A stretch of DNA of 56,883 bases from an uncultured Oscillospiraceae bacterium (GTDB lineage Bacteria > Bacillota > Clostridia > Oscillospirales > JAAYXM01). Positions 26,449-34,750 of this stretch are shown here, piece by piece. The DNA lies in assembly GCA_934446465.1 (NCBI GenBank), contig CAKSEF010000004.1, positions 1 to 56,883 of the forward strand, in the 5' to 3' direction. The translations under genes were made by a program, and so were the position numbers. Every line of letters starts with the position of its first letter. The stretch's first letter is position 1. The notes under the pieces were generated by a model. That model worked only from the letters and a program-made list of their open reading frames with translations. It had not been told where the DNA came from and did not search any database.

Positions 26449-28670
26449 CATATACCGAAAAGTGATATTTGTTCATCAAGGCGTTCGTCATCGGTTAACC
26501 GTGCGCCGGAGGCCGGAATATTTCTGACCTTGTATCTTGATGCGTCCTTAATGTTTGATTCGGACAATCTGCATACGTACTTTACTTTATATTTCGGCTT
26601 AATCGTCATTACCGCCACGCCCTGAGTTTCACGCGAGCTTTTGGGGTTCAGCATGGCAGTGTGGAAAACAAGCGCGCGGTTTTCCGTAGAATACACAACA
26701 AACGTATCATCCTCTGTTATTTTGAAAACCGCTACGAGAGGGCTTTTTCCCGAATACGCTCCTGTCAGGCGCTTTCTGTTTGTCTTTGTTTCATATGACG
26801 ACAGCATAACGCGCGCCGCCTTGCCGTTTTCAAACACAAACATAAGTGTTGCCTTATAATCACCGGGTGAACACATATAGACAACTTGTTCGCCATCGTC
26901 CATACCGAGCTTCGCCGGAATATAATCACCGAGAACGCTTGCTTTTGTATCCGAGAAGTCGCTGACCTTTGCTTTGTATGCTCGCTGCATATTGGTGAAA
27001 AAGATAAGTTCCCCACGGTTTGTTGCGTCAAACTCATTAAGCGGTCCGTCATCCTCCTTATACTTCTGTTCGCTGTTCATGCGCAATGATTGGGGTGTAA
27101 TCTTCTTAAAGTAACCTCCGCGCGACAGAAACAGACGCACAGGATAATCTTCGATATTTTCCTCTTCGTTATATTCCTCAACTTCATCACTGTACAAAAT
27201 TTGAGTCTTTCTCGGAGTGTCGTACTTCCTGATTATTTCCTCAAGTCCTTTAATTATAAGGTTACGTATTCTTGCCTTGCTTGAAAGAATATCCTCAAGG
27301 TCTTCTATCTCGCGTGAGAGCTCGTCCGTTTCGGAAACTCGCTTCAGAATATACTCTTTATTTATATTCCGCAGTTTTATCTCAGCAACGTATTCAGCCT
27401 GAATCTCGTCAATTCCGAAGCCTATCATAAGGTTCGGAACGACCTCACTCTCCTCTTCCGTTTCGCGGATGATTGCTATCGCGCGGTCTATATCGAGGAG
27501 TATTTTTTTTAGTCCCTTAAGCTTATGAAGTTTATCTTTTTTCTTGTTCAGCTCTGCAAAGATTCTTCGCTTTACACACTCCGCGCGCCACGCCGTCCAC
27601 TCATTCAAAATTTCGCGAACGCCGAGCACCATTGGGTTTCCGCCTATGAGTATATTAAAATTACACGAATACGAATCCATGAGCGGGGTGAGCTTAAACA
27701 GTTTTTGCATGAGTTTTTCCGGGTCTGTTCCGCGTTTTAATTCTATTGCAAGCTTGAGACCTTCCTTATCGGACTCATCTCGCATATCGGATACCTCGCG
27801 GAGCTTTCCGCTTTTTACCAGCTCACTGACCTTATCAATAATTGCCTCTATGGTCGTCGTATACGGTATTTCAAACACTTCTATCAAGTTATTCTTTTTG
27901 TCATACTGCCAGCGCGCGCGTATTTTAAACGAGCCGCGCCCTGTTTTATAAATATTCTCTATTGCCGTTCTGTCATATATGATTTCCCCGCCTGTCGGAA
28001 AATCGGGAGCGATGAGTGTTGACATTATATCATGCTCGGGATTTCTTATCAGTTCAATCGCCGTTCGGCATACCTCGGTTATATTGAATCCGCAGATATT
28101 GGATGCCATACCTACTGCAATGCCCGTATTTGCGGAAACAAGGATATTAGGAAACTCCGTCGGCAGGAGCGTCGGTTCCTCCATTGTGTTATCATAATTC
28201 GGAACAAAATCGACTGTGTCCTTTATATCTCTGAAAAGCTCGTTGCATATAGGTGCGAGCTTTACCTCGGTATATCTCGATGCGGCATATGCCATATCAC
28301 GCGAATAGACTTTGCCAAAGTTACCCTTTGAATCGACAAACGGGAAATTGAGCGCCTGATATCCGCGGGCAAGACGCACCATTGTTTCGTATATTGCGGC
28401 ATCGCCGTGCGGATTCAGCCTCATTGTCTGTCCGACGACATTTGCCGATTTTGTCCTTGCGCCGGTCAAAAGTCCCATATTATACATCGTATAGAGCAAT
28501 TTGCGGTGGGACGGCTTAAATCCGTCTATTTCCGGAATTGCGCGTGATATTATGACCGACATCGCGTACGGCATATAGTTTTTTTCAAGCGTTTCCGTAA
28601 TCTGCTGTTCAAGCACTTCCGCGCTGAGGCCGTGTACGGCACGTTTCTCTTCCTTATTTTTTCTTGCCAT
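26448..28670 (-). CDS. parC: Type IIA topoisomerase subunit A, ParC-like (no GyrA box)
   Basis: ...IDGFKPSHRKLLY...NPHGDAAIYETMVRLA...AYAASRYTEVKL (catalytic Tyr). 740 aa. The region where GyrA carries QRRGGKG reads LRMNSEQKYKEDDG. Confidence 0.8.
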   Translation of the reverse strand: MARKNKEEKRAVHGLSAEVLEQQITETLEKNYMPYAMSVIISRAIPEIDGFKPSHRKLLYTMYNMGLLTGARTKSANVVGQTMRLNPHGDAAIYETMVRLARGYQALNFPFVDSKGNFGKVYSRDMAYAASRYTEVKLAPICNELFRDIKDTVDFVPNYDNTMEEPTLLPTEFPNILVSANTGIAVGMASNICGFNITEVCRTAIELIRNPEHDIMSTLIAPDFPTGGEIIYDRTAIENIYKTGRGSFKIRARWQYDKKNNLIEVFEIPYTTTIEAIIDKVSELVKSGKLREVSDMRDESDKEGLKLAIELKRGTDPEKLMQKLFKLTPLMDSYSCNFNILIGGNPMVLGVREILNEWTAWRAECVKRRIFAELNKKKDKLHKLKGLKKILLDIDRAIAIIRETEEESEVVPNLMIGFGIDEIQAEYVAEIKLRNINKEYILKRVSETDELSREIEDLEDILSSKARIRNLIIKGLEEIIRKYDTPRKTQILYSDEVEEYNEEENIEDYPVRLFLSRGGYFKKITPQSLRMNSEQKYKEDDGPLNEFDATNRGELIFFTNMQRAYKAKVSDFSDTKASVLGDYIPAKLGMDDGEQVVYMCSPGDYKATLMFVFENGKAARVMLSSYETKTNRKRLTGAYSGKSPLVAVFKITEDDTFVVYSTENRALVFHTAMLNPKSSRETQGVAVMTIKPKYKVKYVCRLSESNIKDASRYKVRNIPASGARLTDDERLDEQISLFGI

Positions 28671-28685
28671 GTCTATCCCCCGTTA

Positions 28686-30680
28686 CTACGACAAATCAGC
28701 GTCGTCAAGATACTTCCATCCGTTTTCGGCAATGTACTGCTTGCGGTCTGCAAGGTTATCTCCGAGCAGAAGGTCAAACATTTCGGCAACCGCCGCTTCC
28801 GCCATATCCGGTACTACTCTGATGAGTCGGCGGGTCTCGGGATTCATCGTCGTCTGCCACATCATGTCGGGTTCGTTTTCACCGAGACCTTTACTGCGTT
28901 GTATCGTGTGTTTTTTATCACCGATTTTTGCAAGTATATCTGTTTTTTCCTTGTCAGAATATGCAAAGTACGTATCATTTCCGCAGGTGATTTCATACAA
29001 CGGCGATTCGGCGATATACACATACCCCGAGCGTATAAGTGTCGGCATCAGGCGGTAAATCATCGTCAGTATCAGCGTTCGTATCTGGTAACCGTCAACA
29101 TCGGCATCAGTACATATAATTACCCTCTTCCAGCGAAGTCCTGCTAAGTCGAACGACGAAAGGTCTTTATTTCTTTTGCTTTGAACCTCAACCCCACAGC
29201 CGAGAACCTTTATAAGGTCTGTTATTATTTCGCTGTTGAATATTTTTCCGAGGTCGGATTTTAAGCAATTCAGAATTTTTCCGCGCACAGGCATAATTGC
29301 CTGAAATTCAGCGCTTCTTCCCTGTTTGCACGCACCTGCAGCCGAGTCGCCCTCCACTATATACAGCTCGCGCATATCGCGGTCTTTTGTCCGGCAATCG
29401 ATAAACTTTGCTATTCTGCTTGTAATATCAAGGTTTCCCGAGAGCTTTTTCTTTATATTCAGACGTTCTTTTTCGGCGCTCTCACGGCTTCGCTTATTCA
29501 CAAGCACCTGGTCGCATATTCTCATTGCATCGTCGCGGTTTTCTATAAAATAGATTTCAAGCTGCGAGCGCAGAAATTCCGTCATTGCCTCTTGAATAAA
29601 CTTATTCGTAACCGCCTTTTTGGTCTGATTCTCGTATGAAGCAATCGTCGAGAAGCAGTTTGACACGAAAAGGAGACTGTCCGAGACGTCCGCAAATGTA
29701 ATCTTATTTTCGTTTTTTTGATATTTTGAGTTTTGTTTTGCAAATGAATCAATCGCATACACAAACGCATTCCTTACGGCTTTGTCCGGTGCTCCGCCGT
29801 ATTCGAGCCACGATGAGTTATGATAATATTCAAGCCGCGGTGCGGTATTGGTGAAGCAGAACGCAGCAGATATTTTCACCTTATATTCAGGCTTGTCCGC
29901 GCGGTCGCGTCCCTTGCGTTCGCACGCCCAAAAACGTGGTGTTGTAAGCGGCGGCGTATCTCCTGCAAGCTCTTCAACATAATCTTCTATTCCGCGTTCG
30001 TACTTATACTCCTCTGTTACAAAGCTGCCCCCGCGCTGTATGCGGTATTTAAACGTAACGCCTGCATTTATAACCGCCTGGCGTTTGAGTATATCCTTAA
30101 AATAGTCCTCGGGAATATTTATATCTGTAAAAACATCAAGGTCGGGCTTCCAGTGTATACGGGAACCCGTCTTTTTTCTGTCGGTCGGCTCGGAATGGAG
30201 TCCCCCGATATTCTCTCCCTTTTCAAAGCGGAGCGTATATTTCTTTTCGTCGCGCCACACGGTAACATCCATATACTCGGAAGCATACTGTGTCGCGCAG
30301 GCTCCGAGTCCGTTAAGTCCGAGCGAATATTCGTACATTGAATCTTCATTGTTCTTATACTTTCCGCCCGCATACAGCTCACAGAATACAAGCTCCCAAT
30401 TATATCTTTCTTCCGCGCTGTTGTAGTCAACGGGGCATCCGCGTCCGAAATCCTCAACCTCGATTGAATGGTCCTCATACAATGTGATTATAATTGTATT
30501 GCCGTGTCCCTCGCGTGCCTCATCTATTGAATTTGAGATAATCTCAAACGCGGAATGCTCGCACGCCTCCAGTCCGTCGGAGCCAAAAATAACCGACGGG
30601 CGTTTACGCACGCGGTCTGCGCCCTTTAATGATGAAATGCTCTCGTTTCCGTATTCTTTTTTATTTACTTTTCCGCTCAA
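28686..30680 (-). CDS. parE: Type IIA topoisomerase subunit B, ParE-like
   Basis: GHKL ATPase ISNSIDEA, YAGGKY, GLNGLG, QTK loop YENQTKK, Toprim YIVEGDSAAG, PVRGKILN, CTDADVDGYQIRTL. TTG start after GGAGGG. Confidence 0.8.
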   Translation of the reverse strand: MSGKVNKKEYGNESISSLKGADRVRKRPSVIFGSDGLEACEHSAFEIISNSIDEAREGHGNTIIITLYEDHSIEVEDFGRGCPVDYNSAEERYNWELVFCELYAGGKYKNNEDSMYEYSLGLNGLGACATQYASEYMDVTVWRDEKKYTLRFEKGENIGGLHSEPTDRKKTGSRIHWKPDLDVFTDINIPEDYFKDILKRQAVINAGVTFKYRIQRGGSFVTEEYKYERGIEDYVEELAGDTPPLTTPRFWACERKGRDRADKPEYKVKISAAFCFTNTAPRLEYYHNSSWLEYGGAPDKAVRNAFVYAIDSFAKQNSKYQKNENKITFADVSDSLLFVSNCFSTIASYENQTKKAVTNKFIQEAMTEFLRSQLEIYFIENRDDAMRICDQVLVNKRSRESAEKERLNIKKKLSGNLDITSRIAKFIDCRTKDRDMRELYIVEGDSAAGACKQGRSAEFQAIMPVRGKILNCLKSDLGKIFNSEIITDLIKVLGCGVEVQSKRNKDLSSFDLAGLRWKRVIICTDADVDGYQIRTLILTMIYRLMPTLIRSGYVYIAESPLYEITCGNDTYFAYSDKEKTDILAKIGDKKHTIQRSKGLGENEPDMMWQTTMNPETRRLIRVVPDMAEAAVAEMFDLLLGDNLADRKQYIAENGWKYLDDADLS

Positions 30681-30757
30681 AACAAACCCTCCGCAGTGCT
30701 AAAGCGCACCTGAAAATATATTATCAGTAATAGTAAATTGCATATAATACACGTAAT

Positions 30758-30787
30758 ATTCTACCATATCTTGGGGCTTAATGTCAA
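30758..30787 (-). promoter_or_regulatory. Sigma-A promoter for parE-parC
   Basis: Minus-sense TTGACA (30787-30782), 18 nt, TGgTAGAAT (-10 hexamer at 30763-30758). Confidence 0.55.
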
Positions 30788-30891
30788 CTTTAACGCAAGT
30801 GATTTAGTTTTTGTATGCAATCGGTAATATTTGTCCAAAATAGAAATATATATATAGCACAAAGGATTTTTAAAATTTAGGAGGTTGTTAT

Positions 30892-31221
30892 ATGGATAAC
30901 GCATTAATGAGTCCGTCAAAGGAGAATACATCAAAAAAGAGCGGAGGCTTTTCAAATATTGTACGCACTTTGTCTCTCCTTCTTTCTCACGAAGACAAAT
31001 CCTCTGCCGAGAAGCCTTTGAGCGACCGCGATAAAATCATGCGCGAGATTGAAGACACGCTCGCGGAACTTCGTCAAACAAAGAATTGTTTTGAAAACGC
31101 AAAAGACCCGGAAATAATTGAGGCATGCGTGTACAAAATCAAATCGGGCGAAGCGAGATATTCGTTTCTGCTCAGGAAAGCCAAGCTTTTAGGTGAAAAC
31201 TCGACCAAGATTTCCATATAG
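30892..31221 (+). CDS. yaaL: YaaL-like protein (DUF2508)
   Basis: ...IEDTLAELRQTKNCFENAKDPEIIEACVYKIKSGEARYSFLLRKAK matches the YaaL/DUF2508 pattern. AGGAGG RBS. Immediately upstream of bofA as in Bacillus. Confidence 0.7.
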   Translation: MDNALMSPSKENTSKKSGGFSNIVRTLSLLLSHEDKSSAEKPLSDRDKIMREIEDTLAELRQTKNCFENAKDPEIIEACVYKIKSGEARYSFLLRKAKLLGENSTKISI

Positions 31222-31236
31222 TCGGAGGTGGTTTAC

Positions 31237-31482
31237 TTGAATTCTTCAGACGCCGTGTATGTTTTTGCAGGACTGTTTGTTCTGATAATTCTTTTTATTG
31301 CATTTACATCCCCAAAGTCCCTCTTGCGCGCAATTCTGCGTGCGGCATCCGGCATCGCGGTTCTCGCTCTGATGAATATTATGAATATCGGGATTTATTT
31401 TAACGCTGTCAGCGCATCTGTTTCAGCCTTACTCGGAGTCCCCGGTGCCCTTACCGCTTTCGCAATACAACAAATACTATGA
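31237..31482 (+). CDS. bofA: Pro-sigma-K processing inhibitor BofA
   Basis: Two-TM about 80-aa protein ...LLRAILRAASGIAVLALMN...VSALLGVPGALTAFAI. TTG start 8 nt after GGAGG (the tracked ORF starts at GTG 31228). Confidence 0.8.
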   Translation: MNSSDAVYVFAGLFVLIILFIAFTSPKSLLRAILRAASGIAVLALMNIMNIGIYFNAVSASVSALLGVPGALTAFAIQQIL

Positions 31483-31483
31483 C

Positions 31484-31514
31484 AACAAAAGAGACGGCGG
31501 TAAATACCGCCGTC
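31484..31514 (-). terminator. Rho-independent terminator of the tiny minus-strand ORF
   Basis: Minus-sense GACGGCGG-TATTTA-CCGCCGTC followed by TCTTTTGTTG. Confidence 0.7.
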
Positions 31515-31528
31515 CCTTCCGCCGAACA

Positions 31529-31642
31529 CTAACGTCCGCAGATGTTGTTTCCGCAAAGAAGCCATACGACAACTATAGCGGCAATGATGATTATCCAGTT
31601 GCAGCAGCTGTTATCATTGTAGTTATTATCTCCGCATAACAT
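31529..31642 (-). CDS. 37-aa Cys/Asn-rich single-TM peptide (tiny-TM / YjcZ-like), not in the ORF track
   Basis: AGGAGG RBS, 9-nt spacer, then ATG. Translation is MLCGDNNYNDNSCCNWIIIIAAIVVVWLLCGNNICGR. TAG stop followed by its own terminator. Confidence 0.6.
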   Translation of the reverse strand: MLCGDNNYNDNSCCNWIIIIAAIVVVWLLCGNNICGR

Positions 31643-31727
31643 AGGTAGTTACCTCCTAAAAGTTATTTCACTACATCATATTCATTTTTAGGAAGTTGGT
31701 TACAAGCAAAAATTTTCCAAAAAACTA

Positions 31728-31756
31728 TTTACAAATATTGGAAAGTGTGTTATTAT
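31728..31756 (+). promoter_or_regulatory. Near-consensus sigma-A promoter with no ORF behind it
   Basis: TTTACA (31728-31733), 17 nt, TGtTATTAT (-10 hexamer at 31751-31756). Confidence 0.55.
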
Positions 31757-31762
31757 ATATTC

Positions 31763-31867
31763 GAAGAGCGACAGTAGGCTCAAACCGCTGTCCATTCATA
31801 TCTTTATCCCCACAACCCACTTCACTGGCGCCCGATATTTTTATCGGGCGCTCTTTCTTGTATTTTT
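31763..31867 (+). ncRNA. Candidate roughly 100-nt non-coding RNA or terminator-type leader
   Basis: No ATG/GTG/TTG codon in any frame between the promoter and a strong terminator GCGCCCGAT-ATTTTT-ATCGGGCGC (31828-31851) plus TCTTTCTTGTATTTTT. Confidence 0.45.
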
Positions 31868-31924
31868 AAGGAAAAAGCGGGCAATAATAGGAGAAAGAAT
31901 TGAAACGGGAGTGATTCTCACTAT

Positions 31925-32275
31925 ATGGACAGCAAAAAAAGAATTACGATATCTGCCTGTGTGCTGTTTATAATGCTGGGGCTTCTTGTCAACGGCATAG
32001 TTAAGACACGCGATGAGAAAGAGACTTCGAACACAAGCGCGCCTGTATCCTCCGTAGTTCAGCCTGAGGCTAAGGAAGACGAGCAGCATTATATTATGAA
32101 GATTGAGGACGGAATTGTCGTCGTATTCAGTGATGCCGATACCACCCGTCCGATAATGGTTACAGACATCTATGCAAGCACTTTGAGAAATTACGACAGA
32201 GAAGAGCTTGAGCGCGGCATATCAGTCGAAAATGAGCGCGAGCTTCACGCCTTATTGGAAGATTACTCAAGTTAG
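31925..32275 (+). CDS. Membrane-anchored protein with BofC C-terminal-like domain
   Basis: N-terminal TM ISACVLFIMLGLLVNGIV. C-terminal ...RNYDREELERGISVENERELHALLEDYSS resembles the end of B. subtilis BofC (..GIPFRTKAEFEDVIEHMKTYS). Confidence 0.45.
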   Translation: MDSKKRITISACVLFIMLGLLVNGIVKTRDEKETSNTSAPVSSVVQPEAKEDEQHYIMKIEDGIVVVFSDADTTRPIMVTDIYASTLRNYDREELERGISVENERELHALLEDYSS

Positions 32276-32285
32276 GAGTGTTTTT

Positions 32286-33701
32286 TTGAAGCTTACAAGT
32301 GATATAGACTATAATTCTCGAATTTTATCCGAGCAGCTTCGTGCATCAGAGAATTTTGATATTGTGAAGCGCGACATATGTATATGCGGGAAGCGCGCAT
32401 TTCTGTTATTTGTAGACGGTTTTGCAAAGGATGACATTGCCGAAAAGCTCATAGAGTTTTTTTTCGATATAACAGACGAAAAACTTCTTGAAAATGCAAA
32501 AGTCTTTATGGAAAACTGTATTCCGTATATTGAAGTTTCTTCTGAAAACGAGTCTGATACGGCAGTTTTTCAGATTCTCTCAGGCGGAATAATGCTCTGC
32601 ATTGACGGCATTGACGGGTGTATAGTAATTGACCTTCGCACGTATCCGCAGAGAGAGACATCGGAACCCGACCGCGACAAGGTTTTTCGTGGTTCACATG
32701 ACGGCTTTGTCGAGATTTTAATATTTAATACGGCTTTGATACGGCGAAGAATACGCGACCCTGCCCTAACAATGAAATATAAAAAAATCGGCACACGCTC
32801 GCAAACAGACATCGCAATATGCTACATTGACGGCAAGGCGGACAAAGAGGTTCTGAAAAGGATTACTGACAGACTAAACAGCACAGAGGTTGAATCGCTA
32901 ACAATGAACCAAGAAAGCCTTGCTGAAATTCTCGCACCAAGAATTTTTTTTAATCCCTTTCCCAAGTTCAAATACTCAGAGCGTCCGGATACCGCAGCCG
33001 CACAGCTTCTTGAGGGCGATATTGTAATACTTGTTGACAACGCACCGTCGGCAATGATAATTCCGGCGACTGTCTTTGATATAATGGAGGAAGCGAATGA
33101 TTATTATCTCCCTCCTATCACAGGAACTTATCTGCGGCTTTCACGATTTATAATAACCTTTCTGACAGTATTTCTGACTCCGACATGGGTACTTCTTCTT
33201 CGATACCCCGATTTTGTTTCGGAGCGGTTTCGGTTTATACTTGACGGAACCCAGCAGAGTGTACCAATATTCATTCAGCTTCTGATACTCGAAATCGGCA
33301 TAGACGGACTTAAGCTTGCATCGCTCAATACCCCGAATGTCCTTACCACCTCACTTTCCATGATAGGCGCTATAATTGTCGGAGATTTTGCGGTGGAATC
33401 GGGCTGGTTTTCTGCGCAGGCGATGTTGTACACCGCACTTGTCGCAATAGCCAACTATGCGCAGCCGGGTTTAGAGCTGTCGTATGCCTTAAAGTTCATG
33501 CGCATGATTTTGCTTATTCTGACAGGAATTTTCGGCATATACGGATACGTCGGGGGTATTGTGATAATCCTCCTCATGCTTTTGTGTAACAAGACAGTTT
33601 CGGGCCATTGTTATCTCTATCCGCTTATACCGTTCAACTATCATGATTTCAAGAGCAAAATTTTGAGGATGGGCATTAAATACGAGAAAACGAACTTATA
33701 A
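32286..33701 (+). CDS. GerA-family (A-subunit / SpoVAF-like) spore germination protein
   Basis: ...ETSEPDRDKVFRGSHDGFVEILIFNTALIRRRIRDP... and a C-terminal multi-TM region typical of GerAA/SpoVAF. TTG start 6 nt after AGGAGTG. Confidence 0.8.
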   Translation: MKLTSDIDYNSRILSEQLRASENFDIVKRDICICGKRAFLLFVDGFAKDDIAEKLIEFFFDITDEKLLENAKVFMENCIPYIEVSSENESDTAVFQILSGGIMLCIDGIDGCIVIDLRTYPQRETSEPDRDKVFRGSHDGFVEILIFNTALIRRRIRDPALTMKYKKIGTRSQTDIAICYIDGKADKEVLKRITDRLNSTEVESLTMNQESLAEILAPRIFFNPFPKFKYSERPDTAAAQLLEGDIVILVDNAPSAMIIPATVFDIMEEANDYYLPPITGTYLRLSRFIITFLTVFLTPTWVLLLRYPDFVSERFRFILDGTQQSVPIFIQLLILEIGIDGLKLASLNTPNVLTTSLSMIGAIIVGDFAVESGWFSAQAMLYTALVAIANYAQPGLELSYALKFMRMILLILTGIFGIYGYVGGIVIILLMLLCNKTVSGHCYLYPLIPFNYHDFKSKILRMGIKYEKTNL

Positions 33702-33738
33702 AAATCACTCCCCGACTTTATCTTCGGGGAGTGATTTT
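33701..33738. terminator. Bidirectional terminator
   Basis: AAAATCACTCCCCGA / TCGGGGAGTGATTTT arms. Confidence 0.8.
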
Positions 33739-33742
33739 CGGT

Positions 33743-34618
33743 TTATTTAATTTGTGCGGGTACATTAGAATGGGCAAATGCCGTATATTCGCAGACATCT
33801 TTGACAGTTTCTCCGTCTATCTGAAGCGCTGTCTTTCTGTCAAACTCAACAGTTATTTCTTTTCCGCTAAGTATTTCTATCGTCTTTTTATGCTTGATAT
33901 GTTCACCTTTAAATAGCGACGGAAATATCATCAGCGTATGGAGTCTGCCAATGTCATGAACTATCATGACAGACAGTGTATCCTTATCGTTTAATCTGTC
34001 TCTGTCGGGCGTAGGCATAATTCCGCCGCCGTAGTAGCGTCCGTTCATTGTCGGCGCAAGCCAAACCTTTTTATATGTATGCTTTACCCCGTCCACCGTT
34101 ACCGTGGCATTCGTGGGGCTGTACTTTCCGAAAAGCCCTTTTATCGCGATAGAGGCGTAATTGATATCGCTTATACCTTTCTCACGCATTAAGTCCGCAA
34201 CCTCACAGCAATAGCCGTCAATTCCGTATCCTATACCGTTAATAAATTTGCTTTTTTTGCCGTTTACGCAGATTTCGGGCAAGTCTTTTATATACTTGTT
34301 TATACATGGCACTTCCCCATCCTTTTTCGCTATATCGCGGGCAAAGTCGTTTCCGCTTCCTGCAGCACAATAGTATATGTCATTCTCAACGGCAAGTCCG
34401 TCAATGTCATTGACAAATCTATTGAGTGTTCCGTCTCCGCCTGCAAGAATTATTATATCATTAGCAGAAATTTCCTCAAAGAACTTCTCATAGCTTTCAA
34501 TTTCTGTAATATCCACAAGGCGAGCGTTTTTATATACTTCTTTCTTCATCAGTTCCCGCACAACATCGATGCTTTTTCCGTTTGCCGCGCATGGATTATA
34601 TACAACAATGTAATTCAT
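33743..34618 (-). CDS. Diacylglycerol/lipid kinase family protein (YegS/DgkB type)
   Basis: MNYIVVYNPCAANGKS..., IILAGGDGTLNRFV, ...GIGYGIDG... GGGGTAGAGAAC RBS before this ATG. Confidence 0.85.
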   Translation of the reverse strand: MNYIVVYNPCAANGKSIDVVRELMKKEVYKNARLVDITEIESYEKFFEEISANDIIILAGGDGTLNRFVNDIDGLAVENDIYYCAAGSGNDFARDIAKKDGEVPCINKYIKDLPEICVNGKKSKFINGIGYGIDGYCCEVADLMREKGISDINYASIAIKGLFGKYSPTNATVTVDGVKHTYKKVWLAPTMNGRYYGGGIMPTPDRDRLNDKDTLSVMIVHDIGRLHTLMIFPSLFKGEHIKHKKTIEILSGKEITVEFDRKTALQIDGETVKDVCEYTAFAHSNVPAQIK

Positions 34619-34750
34619 GTTCTCTACCCCTTTTCGACAATTATATACTAAAAAATACATTTTTTCAAGCATTTATTGTACTTGCGTTGCAGTGCCAAAA
34701 CATAGCGTTCCGTCATACTCTGTAATAAAGAACAATCTGGAGGGGTTTTG

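Noticed and set aside
30761-30955. 64-aa minus-strand ORF in the parE / yaaL intergenic region
   Set aside because: It is AT-rich promoter DNA that overlaps the yaaL start, with no RBS.
31445-31639. 64-aa plus-strand ORF overlapping the bofA 3' end
   Set aside because: It has no RBS and crosses the hairpin terminator at 31493-31514. The opposite strand has a much better small ORF with RBS and terminator.
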